Notes under the pieces: model-generated | What the model saw: only the letters and a program-made list of their open reading frames with translations | Database searches by the model: none | Told to the model about the DNA's origin: nothing | Made by a program: the position numbers and the translations under genes | NCBI GenBank assembly: GCA_000934665.2 | Contig: JYFJ02003975.1 | Span: 1 to 35,901, forward strand | From: Catajapyx aquilonaris | Taxonomy: Eukaryota | Length of the DNA stretch: 35,901 nt | Direction: 5' to 3' | Part shown: positions 33,878-35,901 of the stretch, one piece after another | How the letters are laid out: every line of letters starts with the position of its first letter | Position numbering within the stretch: the first letter of the stretch is position 1

Positions 33878-34475
33878 GTGAGGAGATTGATCCTCTGTTG
33901 AGTGTACAATGTTACGGATGAAAGCTCACCTGAGTAAATTAGAGATATTATCGTAATACATGCAACAAGGTACAGGAATACACAAAAGTTTGTCATAGTC
34001 TTAATACCTTGTAACTCTACATCATGCTGGATTCATCCAGATTTTTCTCGTAAGTAGTAACATGCATAGGTAGGTCATAGACGTAGGCCCCTAGTCTGGT
34101 GCACGGGGGTACGGGCCCCATAAAGGGTGGGGTAGCCTCTCCCTGGTGATAACGGGGGGTGGCAGGAGTACTTGCCCTCAACTTGCCCCTAAAGTCTGGC
34201 CACATGCTACCCCGCTATGGAGCCTGGGATACTGACTAGTGGCTACCACCCCAATCCACCCTTTTATCATGCCTGTGATGTGCCAGCGCACCTGGGCCAA
34301 CAGGAGTCCTCGAAACATCCACATGCCACGCCCCAGGAGGCAGCAAAAAAAAAAGGAGAGGGCAGTCAGTTGGTGGTACTTTCAGTTCAGAAAAGAGAGC
34401 GCAATGTACAAATTGCACAGAGCGCGAGATGGAGGCTCTGGTCCTGCCTTTCAAAGGGAATATCGGGAGGTGCTG

Positions 34476-34870
34476 CAGTAAAACTTTTATAAGTCGAATC
34501 ACCATGGGACCAGGAAAAAACTTCCGAGTTATAGAATATTCGAGTTAGAGAAGTTTGGCTTTTTGAAAGCACAGAACTCCATAAGGAAGCCGACCTTTAT
34601 ATCCAGCAACGAAAGGTGTTCAAAACTTAAAAATAACTGTCACTTACAATGTTCCTCGTTGTTTTGTTGTAAAAAAAATCTCCGATATGGACATTTGGCT
34701 ACTCTTAGATTCAAGGGTTCAATTGTCACAATCAAGTCAAACCCTTCTTTCAGTACATCTGGTAGACGAAGATCAGGAAATTCAGCCTTTCTGTACATGT
34801 GGCCTACTCTCGGCCCTTCTTCTGGGAAATGAGAAAATTTTCCGTACTTGCAAATATGAACTTCGACTTA
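34476..34870 (+). mobile_element. Tc1/mariner-type MITE, family A copy 3 (right part displaced by insertion)
   Basis: Starts CAGTAAAACTTTTATAAGTCGAA and is colinear with copies 1 and 2 until ...CTTCGACTTAGGG. Confidence 0.85.
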
Positions 34871-35848
34871 GGGTCATTCCATGTCAGTTCATCCAGCCAT
34901 GTCACCCACCATCTCAGATTCTCTTGAAGTTTTAACTGGGCAAACTGTGTACTGAGAAACTAATATCCTGAAAATTTTAGCCTCCTAGCTCTTATAGTTC
35001 GTGAGCTATGGCCAGGCAAATGAGGGTGAAAATGGCTACGGCAGAGTTGTGAAGGCACGACTTGTTTTTCAAAATATTTTATTGTGTGTTAACTAATTGG
35101 TGTAGAAGGTTGAAAATATTTGTCCTTATGCACAGAAACCTTCCGATTCCAAAAATGCTGTCAGATTTGTGCTGATACCATATCTTCACACATTAATCAA
35201 TAACATTTGTTGGTATGACCTTGAAACTTTCACAGCTCATTCCCAAAATGTGTATCCTCCAATTTTAATGAAATTGCACCAAAAGAAAGGTCTTGAAGTC
35301 TACTTTCAGGAGGTGTAAATATTTGTCTGTGTATTTGGGTTTTTCACCTTGATAATGGTACATTAACACAAAGTGTCAATCAACAAGACTGTTCTCTTGG
35401 CACACTCCTTCAGATTGCTATATAATTACTCCAGTATCTGGACATGATAATTTGAGTCTCATTCATTGGCCTAAAGAGGACACAATTACTAAACATTTCA
35501 TTAACATTTCACTTCAAAATGAGCAAGCACGAACCAAACATCTTGCAATTGCAAGTGAACTCTTTTGTTGCATGTGTTTACGATCACCATTGGTATCTTG
35601 GGGTTGTGGATGAAATGGGAAAACATGACTTTGATGGTGACGTATATGTGAAATTTATGCATCCACATGGCCCTGTACGATCCTACTATTGGCCAAATCC
35701 TAAGTGCTGGGTTCCAGTGCAACATGTGCTATGTGTGGTAGTAATGCCTACTACTGCAACTGGAAGGCAATACCAACTGTCACGGGTGTCGTCCAAGGAA
35801 ATTGAAGCTCCTTGGTGTAGTTTCACGAAAAAGGAAAGTGACTTATAA
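34871..35848 (+). mobile_element. DNA transposon remnant (possibly Sola2-like) with transposase C-terminal ORF 35519-35848
   Basis: Begins GGGTCATTCCATGTCA exactly where family A homology stops. The ORF FVACVYD..WY.G...VKFMHPHGP...WP...CWVP...GRQY resembles the C-terminus of transposon-encoded proteins. The superfamily call is from memory. Confidence 0.5.
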
Positions 35849-35901
35849 GGGGTCGTCCATATACCACGTGGCCGATTTTCGGGCACTTTTTGACCCCCCC
35901 C
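35849..35901 (+). mobile_element. Start of a PIF/Harbinger-type MITE
   Basis: TAA|GGGGTCGTCCATATACCACGTGG...TTTTTGACCCCCC resembles a common arthropod Harbinger-MITE terminus; the other end is outside the window. Confidence 0.5.

Noticed and set aside
34010..34470. GC-rich intronic block with a short A-run
   Set aside because: Probably a repeat remnant, but no termini, TSD or homology are visible in the window.

Overview
Eukaryotic genomic DNA with short spliceosomal introns, most likely from an arthropod; nothing prokaryotic is present. Bases 1-8100 are a nested pile of transposons (Helitron end, Tc1/mariner-type MITEs, a piggyBac-type foldback element, hAT-type MITEs, and a truncated LINE with a 15-bp TSD) in and around two tandem DEG/ENaC (pickpocket-like) paralogs. 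From about 9.4 kb to 33.9 kb lies a gene-dense block: a complete ppk-like gene, a tail-to-tail pair of UPF0193/EVG1-family genes (one cryptic), a short-ankyrin TRPA-like channel, DMTF1, a divergent XLF/NHEJ1, RECQ1, eIF2B-alpha and the first coding exon of a CPYC glutaredoxin, followed by more nested transposons. The most notable observations are (i) a double perfect-palindrome scar resembling hairpin-opening repair, (ii) a hidden inverted UPF0193 paralog recognised mainly from shared intron positions and phases, (iii) a hard-to-annotate XLF next to RECQ1, and (iv) a CpG-rich mini-TRPA with an in-frame, stop-free minisatellite intron. All gene models and family calls were made by eye; no searches were run.
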